DNA of 64,000 bases. Source: Fimicolochytrium jonesii. Taxonomy: Eukaryota. Every line of letters begins with the position of its first letter. Position 1 is the first letter of the stretch. This document shows, piece by piece, positions 1 to 11,934 of this stretch. Where the stretch lies: the NCBI RefSeq assembly GCF_025526975.1, contig NW_026515675.1:806001-870000 (forward strand), written 5' to 3'. Below the pieces are notes generated by a model. That model did no database searches and had not been told where the DNA came from. It was given only the letters and a program-made list of their open reading frames with translations. The translations under genes and the position numbers were made by a program.

Positions 1-859
1 GTCTATGGAGTCGCAGCTATGGACAGAAGAGACCAGCGTATGGAGAGGCTGAGAAGGAGGATGGGCATGAGCAAGGCAGGACAGAAGCGGGAGCAAGACC
101 ACCTATGTATCCTGTCTCTGTCCCAAAAACCAGGACTCACCCGACTTTCACTCTAACAAACGCTGCGCTTACGATAACGAGACGGTATAGTCAGGACAAA
201 CCAACATGTTCTGACTGTCCACAATTCCTGGCGAGTTTCTTGAGGGTGCGGGAGAAATGACCTATAGACACTGTGTATGTACGGTATGTGGCGAGAGAAA
301 CGCTGGCGATTTCCCCTACTAGACGGCAAGTGCAAGTTACGTGGGTATTGGATGCCGGTCCGCCCACTGTTGTATTGGCGATGGGACAGTGTTTTCGGCA
401 AGATGGGTGGGGTAGCGGAATAGCGTTTGCAGCACTTTTGATCACCGTGACGAGATCGTGCCAGTTGTCACCCTAATCGCAATAACGCTGTGAGAAATGG
501 GAAAGCGACACCGCGCATCACAGTGACTCCGCAGAGGCACTTCCCCCCCGTCAGGTTGCTTGGACACCCCGACGGCGGGCACGCATCGCAGTTATTCATT
601 TCCCAGGTTCTTCAGGATATGAAGGATGTTGGACATGCTGTTCACACTTATCATGCGTATGTTATGCATGCATCAAAAAGTTTCGTTAAACCATGCGAAT
701 TCGGCAGGTTCTCTTACTGAGGACTGTCATGGTTTGAGGAATTGAGACATTGCACCCCGTACATCGCTCAGAATCAGCCCTCTGGCGCAAACTGCGCTCA
801 CATCCCATACCCAAACCCCTCCCTCCTCGCCTTCCCCGTCCCCGCCGACCCCGCCCTCA

Positions 860-1680
860 AATGCCCCCCAGACCCAGACCCAGCCCACTCCCACTTCCCC
901 TCCTACTAACCCCCTCAGGTGACCGACCAGATCCTCTCATTTTCTGCCAAGTGTCCTGAGTGCAGGATGCGCACCTCAAACTAACTTTTCAGCGCCCTAC
1001 GCACCGATGCTATATCGAGTTCCAGACGCCTACGGAGCCAACTATGGCGCTTCCCGAACGACAGTAAGCATGCGGGTTTCCTCGATACTCTACCCTGGAG
1101 TATGTGTGCCATTGCCGCTGACCTTCTGGTTTGCTCAGGGCTCTCGCAAATCGTTCATGCTTTCTGTAGATGTACCCCGTAAGTAGCCTGTAGACCTACT
1201 TTCCCTGATGATTTGGGATGACATCTTTCAAATGCCGGAAGACATTTTGCGAGGGAAGCACACACTCTCGAAGGTCCCATTTGTTGTATGACGAGGGGAG
1301 TCTTTATGAAGGCGGAGTGGTCCGTCCAGCATGTATGAACCCCCAATGACAGTGATGAGAAAGAAGACCTCCAATATAATCCATGTGCTGTCACTGTCGC
1401 TTATACACGTGACTGGCATTAAACCCGCGTTCGGTGCGCTGTGCACTTACGCCTGACAAGGCCGCCATAAGCTCATATTCCCACCCCTTCAATCGACACA
1501 TATATCTGGTGAGTAGACAAAGGCAGGCAATCCATCCATCCATCCATCCATCCATCGCAGTTGGGGAACGACAGACGTATGTTCGACGATACGGCACAGC
1601 GGCGAGGGATAATGGACGAGATATCGACGAAGGAAGGAGAGGGAGAGAGAATAGTGGCCGAATGGGGAATGGCGAATTGA
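860..1680 (+). CDS. Possible small multi-exon hypothetical protein
   Basis: ATG at 860 after a pyrimidine-rich leader; several GTAAG/GTGAG donors and CTAAC/CTGAC..CAG acceptors allow a joined frame ending in TGA at 1680. No recognisable domain and the exon chain is uncertain. Confidence 0.25.
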
Positions 1681-1978
1681 AAATGGAAATGGGCGAATGG
1701 GGAGGGAGACTATGCTCGGAAACCCGACGAAGGTCTTGCAACACTATCAGCGTGCCAGCCAGTTCATCTACGACAACATTCGACTCTACGACATCAGCGT
1801 ATATTTCATTGTGCAGGCTCGGGGTTTTAGGCCCTCGAAATGAGCACACTCTGGTGGAAGCATAATGGGAAGACGAACGACAGTGTGCCAAAGAGAATAT
1901 GGAGGAGGAGTGCGGAAGCTATGCGCAAAAATTCAGGCTCGCTGACCCGATTCTTGCCCCGAATGTAGGCCAGTCACC

Positions 1979-2733
1979 ATGTCCGCCAGGTCGAAGATCG
2001 TGAAGCCTAACGGCCAAGAGCCAGACGAGCTTGAGCTCCAAGTTGCTCAGAACATTCAGGAACTCGAGTCCAACGTGCCTGAGCTCAAGGAGGACCTTAT
2101 GGGTCTCCAGTTCGTCAGCGCCAAGGAGGTAATTTCGAAACGGCCGACCTTTTCCCTGGAATTGTGGAATGGCAGGGTGGTCTGGAAAAAGGAAGCTGAT
2201 CGCTTCTCGCTTGTCACGAAAACAGGTTGACGTCGGTCACGGAAAGAAGGCCATCATCATCTTCGTCCCCGTCCCTCTCGTCAAGCAGTACCACAAGGTC
2301 CAGACGCGCCTTGTTCGCGAGTTGGAGAAGAAGTTCTCCGACCGTCACGTCCTCCTTGTTGCCCAGCGCCGTATCCTGCGCAAGCCTACCCGCAAGGCTC
2401 GTGTCCACCAACCCCGCCCCCGTTCCCGCACTCTCACCGCTGTCCACGAGGCCCTCTTGGAGGATTTGGTCTACCCTACCGAGATTGTCGGCAAGAGGAC
2501 GCAAGTGCGTGTTGACGGTAGCAAGACGATCAAAGTGTGAGTAATCAGGCTTCCGTTCGATTTTTTTGTTTCCCGTTCGACTCATTGTTTTCTGACCGAC
2601 CCCATTTCACAGTTTCTTGGACCGCAAGGACCACACTTCCCTTGAGTACAAGCTCGAGACCTTCTCTTCCACATACAAGAAGCTCACTGGAAAGGATGTT
2701 GTCTTCGAGTTCCCTGTCGGTAGCCAAGAATAA
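1979..2733 (+). CDS. RPS7: 40S ribosomal protein eS7
   Basis: Exons 1979-2128, 2226-2536, 2613-2733. Motifs [51 protein letters not shown]. Confidence 0.97.
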
Positions 2734-3451
2734 ATCTCTCTTCAATGAGGAATTCATCATCTTGGGGTGGAGGGGTCGTGTACAGGCGCGTGGATTGCGG
2801 CGAGACGGAGGGAAAATCCTTTTTGCCACATCAAATACATTATAGTCTCTTGATTGCATTCTGAATCATGTGAATCTATGTGTGATGCGCTCGACCCTGG
2901 ACAACAGTGGGGCATATTACTTCCGACGCTGGTTTGGACAACTTTGGCGAATGGGTTATCAGTGTCCCTGGATGTGCAGCTGGACAAGTCGGAGGACGGC
3001 TGCAATGGATGGGGTTGGGCGATGGAGACGCGCGGGGGACTGGCATCGAAAAGGATGGCTTAAAGATCGGCCCCGCGGATGCTCCTGCTCGCAAGAAAGG
3101 GGTATTCAATCGCAATTCGGCGGCGACTTCACATTCTGATCATGGTTTGCGATGCCCTTTCCGATACAGTCGGCCGCCTGTCACCTTTTGTAGCTTTCAT
3201 CCTGTCCAGTCTGCCAAGGAAATTGAGGTTCCGCCCCTGGCGTGGTAGGGAAGTCCGGCTCCGCTAGCACAATCCAACACACAATTTCTCTGCATTCCTT
3301 AGGCTAGGATTCTTAGGCCGGCTAACCGTGCAGCATCTTCATGCCTTAATAGTAAACGTCCAAGGAGTCGCCGTCTTCTGCATCTTGCGCTTGTCAATGA
3401 AGTCATGTCCAACGCGCGTGTCGCGCGTTCCAAGTTCCGGACTGCAGTCTC

Positions 3452-4135
3452 TTGATCCACCTTCGTGCGTCTCCGGATTCCCTTCCAGGTCCGCCGAAGT
3501 CACCGCCAACCCCACAATTTCTCCGTCTGTTGGGATTTTCGACAGCTCCGCCCGCACCCCTCTCTCTCGGCTCCCTCAGGACTGCAGCCTCTCCACGCCC
3601 ATTCACGTCGCATCCCATCCTATACGCCAGATCCCGAGCTCGTTCAAACACGGAAGACGACGAAAACGACGAAGCCCTCCCCTCCCCGCTTCCCAATTGG
3701 ATGGCAGAAGACGGCTCCTTCCCCGACCCCGGCCGCATCCACATCAGCGCCCATTGAAAACAAGGCGACGATTTTGGCGAACACCTCGCATCTACCAACA
3801 CTACACAAGCGGCTCTGAGAAGCTGGGCCGATCAAATGAAATCTACTGCAAAGGATCTGAAACGGGCCGCTGATATATTGGATGAGAGCGGGGAGGACGC
3901 TGCCGCCGGGGGGAATACGCATATGACGTTTCTACATGTGGATGACACGAAAACGTACTGGAAGATTGTGGGAGAGCGTGGGGGGACTATGGGCGAGGAT
4001 CATATGGATTGGTCTACTTGGTGCTCCAATGCCAGAGATAATACTCGGAGCCATCGGGTGGATAAGCGGAAGGAGTTGGAGTATTTGGAGAAGTTCTTTG
4101 CTGCTAAGCCGAAGAAGGCCGAGAACATCGATTGA
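3452..4135 (+). pseudogene. Intronless ORF split by one in-frame TGA (3755-3757); unknown product, possibly a transposon-derived tail
   Basis: ORFs 3452-3757 and 3836-4135 are in the same frame, and the gap reads through openly (KQGDDFGEHLASTNTTQAALRSWADQ). Confidence 0.35.
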
Positions 4136-4330
4136 TGTCCTTCGATGGCCTGTGAATAGTATGCCCATGCGCTTGGAGTTGTTGGCGACGTGGTTCGATT
4201 ATGCCTCGCTCGCCTTACGCCACAACTTTTATGCACGCCCGCAATACATAGATTTAGTACTCGCGACTCGGTCATAAGACTCCGTGGTCATAAGCAGACG
4301 GGAGTACTGCGAGTGGGTAACAACGCATGT

Positions 4331-4578
4331 GCGGGATTGACTAGAAGTGGGTAACTCGTGCTAAATGTGAGTAACTCGGGTTAGGGTTAGACTAGTTAGA
4401 CAGCTGCCGAGCGGAGCGAGTAGACCCTGATTGTAGGAGGCCGGGTAAGGCCGACTCACCGAAGGCAAAGGGGTTAGGTTTGTTAGTCAAATGGTTCACT
4501 TTCGCTGCAAAAAAGTCTTATTCTGGAGGTGAGCTACCCACATTTAGCACGAGTTACCCATTTCTAGTCACGCCCCGC
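4331..4578. mobile_element. MITE-like element, ~248 bp, with ~43 bp imperfect TIRs and a possible 4 bp ATGT TSD
   Basis: TGACTAGAAGTGGGTAACTCGTGCTAAATGTG (4339-4369) pairs with CACATTTAGCACGAGTTACCCATTTCTAGTCA (4539-4570). Termini GCGGG/CCCGC are flanked by ATGT at 4327-4330 and 4579-4582. Confidence 0.65.
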
Positions 4579-5786
4579 ATGTGCCCTCCTGAATGTCAGC
4601 GATGGAAACTGCGGAACGCTGTCGAAAGTTTCAGGGGCAGCTGCTGGTGGGCCGCTTTTTAACGGTGTCAGAGTTGTTAGCAGATTTCTTTCCTCATTGA
4701 TGGTATGCCTTTCGCTCAGACCCTCGGGTTCAATAAGACCAGTTTCTCCTTTTGAGCCCTTGCTCTCCTGTCTGCATAGAAACGAATCTCGCTAGTCTCC
4801 TGTCGCCTTCCTTCCTCTCTCCTTCGTCTCTCCTGCTCCTTTCCTAACCCTCTCCCATCCCTCTTGCCCGGAATCGATCTCCAACTCCAAAAATCCAATC
4901 ACCCTTACGTTACCGTCGGATCTGGATTATGCAAAGACAGATGGACACATTTTAGCGCGAGATTGACAGTTTTGGAAACGCGTCGGTTGGTGCTTATGTA
5001 ACGCGCGTGAGGCAAGTTTTACGTGCGATGAGAATCATAAGAGCAAGCAGAGAAAGACATATCCGAACCGAGATTAGGCACCAATATAGAGCAGGTGAAA
5101 AGCAGCAGGGAGGTACAAGACCCGTTAGACGGAAAATCAGGGCCGTTGCATCACGCGATGTATAAAACACCATTCCCCATTCGCGTCGAGTGGTTATTCA
5201 GATTGAATTACAGGTTTTGAATCTTTCCGCCTCAGCCCGTGAGGTCAAGGAAAAACAGTTGCTGCACCGGAAATTGCAGGACATACAGTACTTGGGTCTG
5301 CTGTTAAACCGGGCACAAGGCTCATAAAAAGCAATTTCGCCGAGCTGCCGTGTCTTGATGATTTGCCCTCGTGCTTCCATTTCGAAAATAAAGTTCCTGG
5401 CGAGAGGAGCTCCTGAGGGTGTATGGGAATGATATACAAGCAGGAGGCTGATGAATGACGGGAATGCGGCTCGGGCCAATCCTCCAGAACACTGCCTACA
5501 TACAGTGCTGTTATGAAGCAAGACCGCTGTCAATTCAATTCACCGGCCCCCTGGACGCGCCTCTCCATATAGATCTACGCCTTAGTACTGTATCTAGTGA
5601 ATCCTCCTCTAGCTGCTATGGTTTCTCTGACGGCACTGTCAAATGCGGTCTTGCTTTATGAACAGCACTGTATTTCGAGTATAGGTTTCATTTGTGAAAA
5701 AAAAAATACGAGGCTATACAAAGCAGGATCCAAACACCCTCATATTCGCGGCCAGCACGCGCTTCGTTTCATGTACATGCGTGGAT

Positions 5787-7133
5787 CTACTCGAGACGCT
5801 TGAATTGGATGGTCGGGGTGTCTGCCGGAAATGGTACGCCAAGCTCCGTCAGCTTCTCGAACGCCTTTGCAAAGTCTTGAGCGAACTTTTCCTCATCCTT
5901 CGCGTAAGTCTCGACCCATTTCCTGCGAAATACGTCGCGGAAAACATCAGTATCGACATCAGTTGATGCGCTTCGTCCGAATGTCAGATCAAAACCTACC
6001 TGAATTCCTTGTCCTTGGGGTACACAATCTCCGCCGGCAGCATCATCAATTGAGACGTAGCCTTATCCGCATACTGCTTAGGACCCTTCCATTTCTTGAC
6101 CACCCACGTCTCACCCAGAAGACGCTTAAAGTAGTCATTGCTGAAGGTCGTTGGCGAGAACGTCCACGGTCCATCGAAACCGGAGCGGTCAGCGTGGCAC
6201 CGGCCCAAGGAGTGGGCGCCTAGGAGTGCGATAATTTCCTGGTCGTTGAACCCCATGCGGTAGAAGATGTCTCGGCTGTGCTTGGGATCCTCTTTGGTGG
6301 CATCTGGTAAACCGGTCGAGATCTTTGTGTCTATCAAGGAGTCGACGCGACCGGGACGGAACTTTACGGTGGGTCCGCCCAGCTCCTGTACGGCGGCGAT
6401 TCCGGCAATGATCCAGAGATCAGAGTAGCTTAGAGCGTCGCCCCATTTTTTCTAATTACCAAGAAGGTGTTCTGTTTGAACGAGGGAATCATGATTTGGA
6501 GAACTCATCAGCAATGTTCGTACCTTGATCGGTTCCAAGATGTCACCTAGAAAACGAAACATCGACTGATGAGTGTCATCCTAACAGGTTGCCAAATGTC
6601 AAAACGACGGACTTACGCGCAACCTTCAACCCCGCATTCGCGCTCCATTCACCCTCAACAGGGAACCGCATAGTGGCACCATTCGATCCTCCCGACCCCG
6701 TGTTTTTGTCATAAGTCCCTGACGCATGCCACGCCAACCGAATAAGCACCGGCCCATAGCTCCCATCATCGTAATCCGGGTTCGAATCAAGAATGTTGGC
6801 CACATCCTCGTACACCTTCTGGTAATCCGCCGGGCTCAATATGTTCTTCTTGATGTTCTTGCGCTCTGGGTTCGCGCCGGCAGTGATATCGCCTCCGGTG
6901 GACTGGTAGTAGTAGTAGCCGCCGGCGCCGGCTGCGGCGAGCGCGAGGCCGTAGAGAAGGCCTTTGCTGCTGCCGCCGCTGTTGCTTGGAGGCGGCGGGG
7001 GAGGACTGGACGGCTGACCAGCAGCGGGTCCTGCAGAGTAGGTACGAGAGAGAGGCTGAGCCCGAAGCGCTCCCGCGATGGAAGGCTTGGGGACAACGGC
7101 TCTCAAGAGCACAACTCGACGGCAGGCGCTCAT
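5787..7133 (-). CDS. CCP1: Mitochondrial cytochrome c peroxidase (class I heme peroxidase)
   Basis: Presequence plus TM segment; [22 protein letters not shown] (distal R/W/H), [12 protein letters not shown] (proximal His), GFDGPWT (Trp191 equivalent); 4 exons; ends [19 protein letters not shown]. Confidence 0.95.
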
Positions 7134-7785
7134 ATTTTTGGTTTTTTTGGCGTGTGAAGTGTCGAAAGTGCGGTAGGCGATGATCTCGGGCGCACAATAT
7201 AGGAGTCTATTCTGTGCGAACTAATGAGTGAGGATTTTGCTTCCTGAGCACTGCGGGGCGACCTATGCCTGCCTTTATATACCAATTTTGCAAGCGTCCT
7301 GCTGCGAGTCCACAGGAGGTCGACAGGGATGACGGATGGATGTCTTGTGTGTCAGTGTCTCCGGCGCGTCGAGTCGATTGAGCGCGCGAGACCAATAAAT
7401 GATGGCGCGTGATTAGCGCCGCTGATCAAAACCGCACATTCACTCGCGTGTTGCCTAATCTGCGCGACCGATGGCTTCACCGGACACCACCACCGGAGAC
7501 TGTGACCGGAGGCGGAGGTCTCGCTGCGTAATGTGGATTTGAAGCAGCCCAGCGGTTCATGGCCCAGGCAACGAAGTTTCATAGAAGTGTACACTATATT
7601 ACAGGAAGATGCGTCGTATCTACATAAACGGAACCTATGTGCTGGACTGCCGACGTGTATGTGCATAGTAGGTATATCACGGGCGGTGGGCAGATCCTGC
7701 GATGGTGTACGTATATAGAACATTCGACGGGTGCTTCACAATCTAAGAGGGTTTGGAAGGGTTACACAAAAAGAGAAGAGGGTCT

Positions 7786-10297
7786 TCACCTGCTCATAAA
7801 CGACAAGGCACAAGACTTACATCTCCAAATCAATATGCTTCACTTCCGGCCGCTTTGTCTAAACACACCCAAAAATCAGCACACATCCCTTTCCCTCCGC
7901 CCCCATCTCCCTCTGAACAACTCACAATAATCTTCAACTCCAACCGATCAACCTCATTCCCCAAAGTGCTCACGATCCTCCCGCCCTGTCGTTTCGTCCA
8001 CTCCTCAATCTCCTTTTCGGTGGTGAGTGTTTTCAAGAGTGCGATTTCGGATTGGAAGTGAGCGCGATTGCGTTGGATGTAGCGTTGCGTTACTTCTTCG
8101 CCGTTGAAGAGGATTTCGGCTGCGGAGTGGGGATGGGGATTGAGATGGTGGAAGAGGTGGGGTAGTGTAGAAGCAAAGGCATACCTTTGAACCGCGCGGA
8201 CTCTGTACCGAGGGCGGTCGACTTCACGTCCTGTACCGAGCTTCAAAACATACAGTATCAGGAACTTGATTCCGCCCCGCAAGACAGCTTCCCCAACCTT
8301 CACTCCCCCAAGAGCATACCTAACAATTGGATCCGCCTCCAACTCCTCCACAATCTCCCTCTCCTTCCCCACCGGCATCCTCGTCTCCACCAACCCAGCA
8401 ATGTTCCGTTTGATCAAAAACGCAGCGACGCCCGAGAGCAGAATGCCGATGGTGATGGACCCGAGGGAGTCGATCATGGGGTTGTTGAGCAGTTTGGTGA
8501 GACCGAGACAGGTGCCCGCGATGGCGACGCCTGAGACGGCGGCACAATCCTGTGTAGGGGAGTCGGTGGGATGGGTTGTGAGTGGGTGGAGGGGGATCAA
8601 TGCGAAGCATGCCGTCCCGTGAATCCTTACCTCGGCGAAGACTTGCACGGCCGTGGGATCGGCGCCCCTCTTTAGGTAGCTATCATAGTCGAGCCAGAAA
8701 GCATCAGCAAACGCTTCCCCATGCATGACAATCAAAGTCAACAAATGAACACCTACTCCGTAACGCTCACACCAGCCGTCCGCGCGCTCTGGGCAATATG
8801 CTTGTACGCATACGTCATCGTAGCTGTAGGTCAAACAAGTAAAGGAAATCAGTTTCACGCAGTCTTCGATTAACACCCATGAACCAACCAGGCTTCTCAA
8901 TTCTCGCATACTCACCTCCTTCAAACACCAACGATGCGCCAAGGACACACCACGACGACGTCATGTCGCCCAACACGTGGTTGGCGGACATGAGGCCGCT
9001 GATGCCGTGGTAGAGGGAAACGCCGCCGCCCAGGAAGAAGATGCCTGCCGAACAACATGCCAGATACATTGAGTCCTGACACTCCAACATCCCGCGCGAA
9101 ACACGTAAACGACCTACGCATACCCACCTACTCCGCTTACTAGGGCCCACGCGTAGCGCTCAGCTGTGAAGCCGTATGGATGTTGTGGATCTGTTGAGGG
9201 ACGACGGAGGCGGTTGTTAGATATTCGTCGCCCAGACTAGGCGATGTTGAGAAACAGTCTGAATGCCAGGATCTATTCACCCACCTGGCTGCCGTAATGA
9301 TCTCCATATACCCCACATCAACAGACTGTACAGGGAGAAGGCTGGTTACAATGCGACCCTCCCACTGGAACGAGATCTACGGTTCTGCGTGCACGACTTG
9401 CCCTTCTCCTCCTCTTGGCACCAGCTTACCTCTCGTTCAGCACTACAAATGAAATAAGCGAAACGTGTGATTAGCTCGACAGTCACATTCCTTGGTAGTC
9501 CAGAACTCCTGGGATGAGTGGCTTACTCGCGCATACGCCCAAACATACCATCCGCCAGCGAATGCAGCGCCTCCGAGAACATCGACGCCGACCCAGACTG
9601 CCATGCTGCATACAGCTTCCCGGAGAACAATGCGATGTTGCTACAAGGGGCATTCGCTCGGTTAATCGTCTCGTGCGTAATGGACCCGGCCGTCAAGTGC
9701 CCCATACCTGATCATCGCCAAACCGACAACCTTCTGCGATCCCTGCAGCGTCCGCTTTGCGTTCACCCGTTGCTTCACTGAAGTATGCGGGTGACGGGTC
9801 AGTTCTTCGACATGGCCATCCCGGTTTCTCCTCCTAACCCACCCGTCCATTCCATACCTTCCGACGCCTCTCTCTTCATCTGCCGGACCTGGCTCTTATA
9901 CTCCGCGAGATCTACAATTCAGCAAACTCCACAATCAGTTCCCCATTCTCCTTCGTCATCCGTCAACCCACACTACACCACACCACACCACAACTACTCC
10001 GCGCGTCTCCCGCCATCCCGCACCTGCAGAAGGCCGTATCCCCGGCTGCACATCCCCCGTCCGCATATGCAGCTTCCCCATGCTATTATGACTGCCCACC
10101 GGCGGTATCGGTGGTATCGTGTGCAATAGCAACGTTGGCGTTGACCGTTGGTGACGTTGCGGGTTCCATCCTGTTGTTGTTCTTCTGGCGGTGGATGAAG
10201 ATGGGAGGGCGAAGAGGATGGCGGTTATGGTGGAGTGCGAGGCCAGCCGGGCGGAGCGATGTGTGCAGCTGCGAGCTGCTGTTAGTATTATGTGCAT
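7786..10297 (-). CDS. Cation-efflux zinc transporter, SLC30A9/ZnT9-like (multi-exon)
   Basis: SGSASMFSEALHSLAD, GIFFLGGGVSLYHGI, DPTAVQVFAED, NPMIDSLGSITIGILL, LGNEVDRLE, C-terminal PEVKHIDLE. Start codon is approximate. Confidence 0.88.
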
Positions 10298-10545
10298 TGT
10301 GTTGTATGTACTTTGTTGTGAGGTGTTTTGGGAAAGGGGAGAAGGAATGAGACCAGGAATGAGACGAGGCCTTCCGGAGTGTTGACCGTCTTCGAGCTTT
10401 CGCAACTTCACCAGCAACTGATAAGCAATCATAAGTGCCAGGACAGGACAAACGCTTTCCAACCAGCGATACAGCAAGCACAGGCACAGCACTCCCTTAC
10501 CTTACTCCCGCTGTCTTGTCCCACTCACACCCCAGCACACGGAAG

Positions 10546-11540
10546 ATGGCAGAGGACGAGCTAGAGCAAAAGTTCGCCCAGCTGTGCGAGAAATGGCGCA
10601 CGAGCCAGGAGCTCGCCCTGCAGATGGCTCGAGTCGTCGAGAGCCTAAAGGTGCGCTACAACTGGGTCATAAACCTCTTCTCCCCTTTCCCGCCGAAGCT
10701 ATTTGCATGTCTCATATGGGTTGGGACCCACCAAAGCTCATATTCTTCCTTTTGTGGTCCAGGCCGAGATCGCGACGCTCAAATCGTCCCAGCCGCCAGC
10801 AGAGCCCGAAGCGCCGCCAACGACATATTTAGGAGGTAGAGGGATTTACCACGCATCTGGTGCGCATCATCGTCTAAAGCTAAAGACATGAACGCATATC
10901 TCCAGACTTTGACACGCGCTACTTAGAACTGCAAAAAGAGAACCAGATCCTGAACCAGATCATTAAGCAGTACGAGACGACGCTGGAAGTCGTTATGGGG
11001 AAGTTTAGGAGTCAGGCGGTGAGTCTCCGGAGCATGAGACCCTCTTGATTGAATCGACATACAGAGTTCCTCGCTTGCATCAATCGATGCATCACGAAGA
11101 GATTGGGCATGAACTCATTCTATTCGTGTATGCAGCAATCAATCCAAAAAGACAAACACGAGCAAAAGATCCGCATGGAACGGTCACTAAAAGACGAACG
11201 GGTACGTCCTCCCTTATTCCGCCCATCCCAATTCCCACCCCCGTCTAACACCCATCTCCGCACTCAGGGCACAATAACCCACCTCCGGGCCGAAAACGCC
11301 ACCCTCCGCTCACACCTCGGCACCTGTCTCAATGTCATGCGCCAGGCCGTCGCCGCCGCGGACGATACCGATACCGATGCGCTCCTGGCGGGGCTGAGTA
11401 AGGAGAACCAGGGGTTAAGGGAGATGTTGGGGTTTAGTGGGATCGGTGTCGGCAGTGTGGGGGCGGGGGCGGGGGCGAGGGCGGGGCAGGGGGTGGAGGG
11501 ACGGATAGAGAAGGGGGTTGAGCAGTCGGTTGCGGGGTGA
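10546..11540 (+). CDS. SIKE/FGFR1OP2-family coiled-coil protein (STRIPAK-associated)
   Basis: About 5 exons; LQKENQILNQIIKQYETTLEVVMGKFRSQA, VMRQAV and LSKENQGLREML motifs typical of the SIKE family. Confidence 0.75.
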
Positions 11541-11934
11541 GGACGGAGGAATGCAGATGTGGTGCCAAAGAGGCAAAACGGATGGAGCGCAAGGTGAAGC
11601 ATTCGGTTGCAGGTCGAGAGGGGCCGGCAGGACGGTGGGGGATGCAAATGCGGTTGCAGAATGACATGGGATGGTGAACGCCATTTTGCGTGTGATGCGC
11701 GCATAAGCGTTACGCTCGCCGCACCCGCGCCAGTCCCGACCGAAACGGCCCGGCGAATGGTACGCACGAACCTCGAACTTATCGGACTGCAAGGGGAGAG
11801 TAGCAGCTATGCGGGATTTTTGAACGGACCCCAGCTCTTTTCCGGTTGAGAGATGACCCCCGGCTGGCCGGAATGTATATACATACATGATACCAGACCC
11901 AAAAAGCCCCGCCCCACAGTCCACAAGTGCCATT

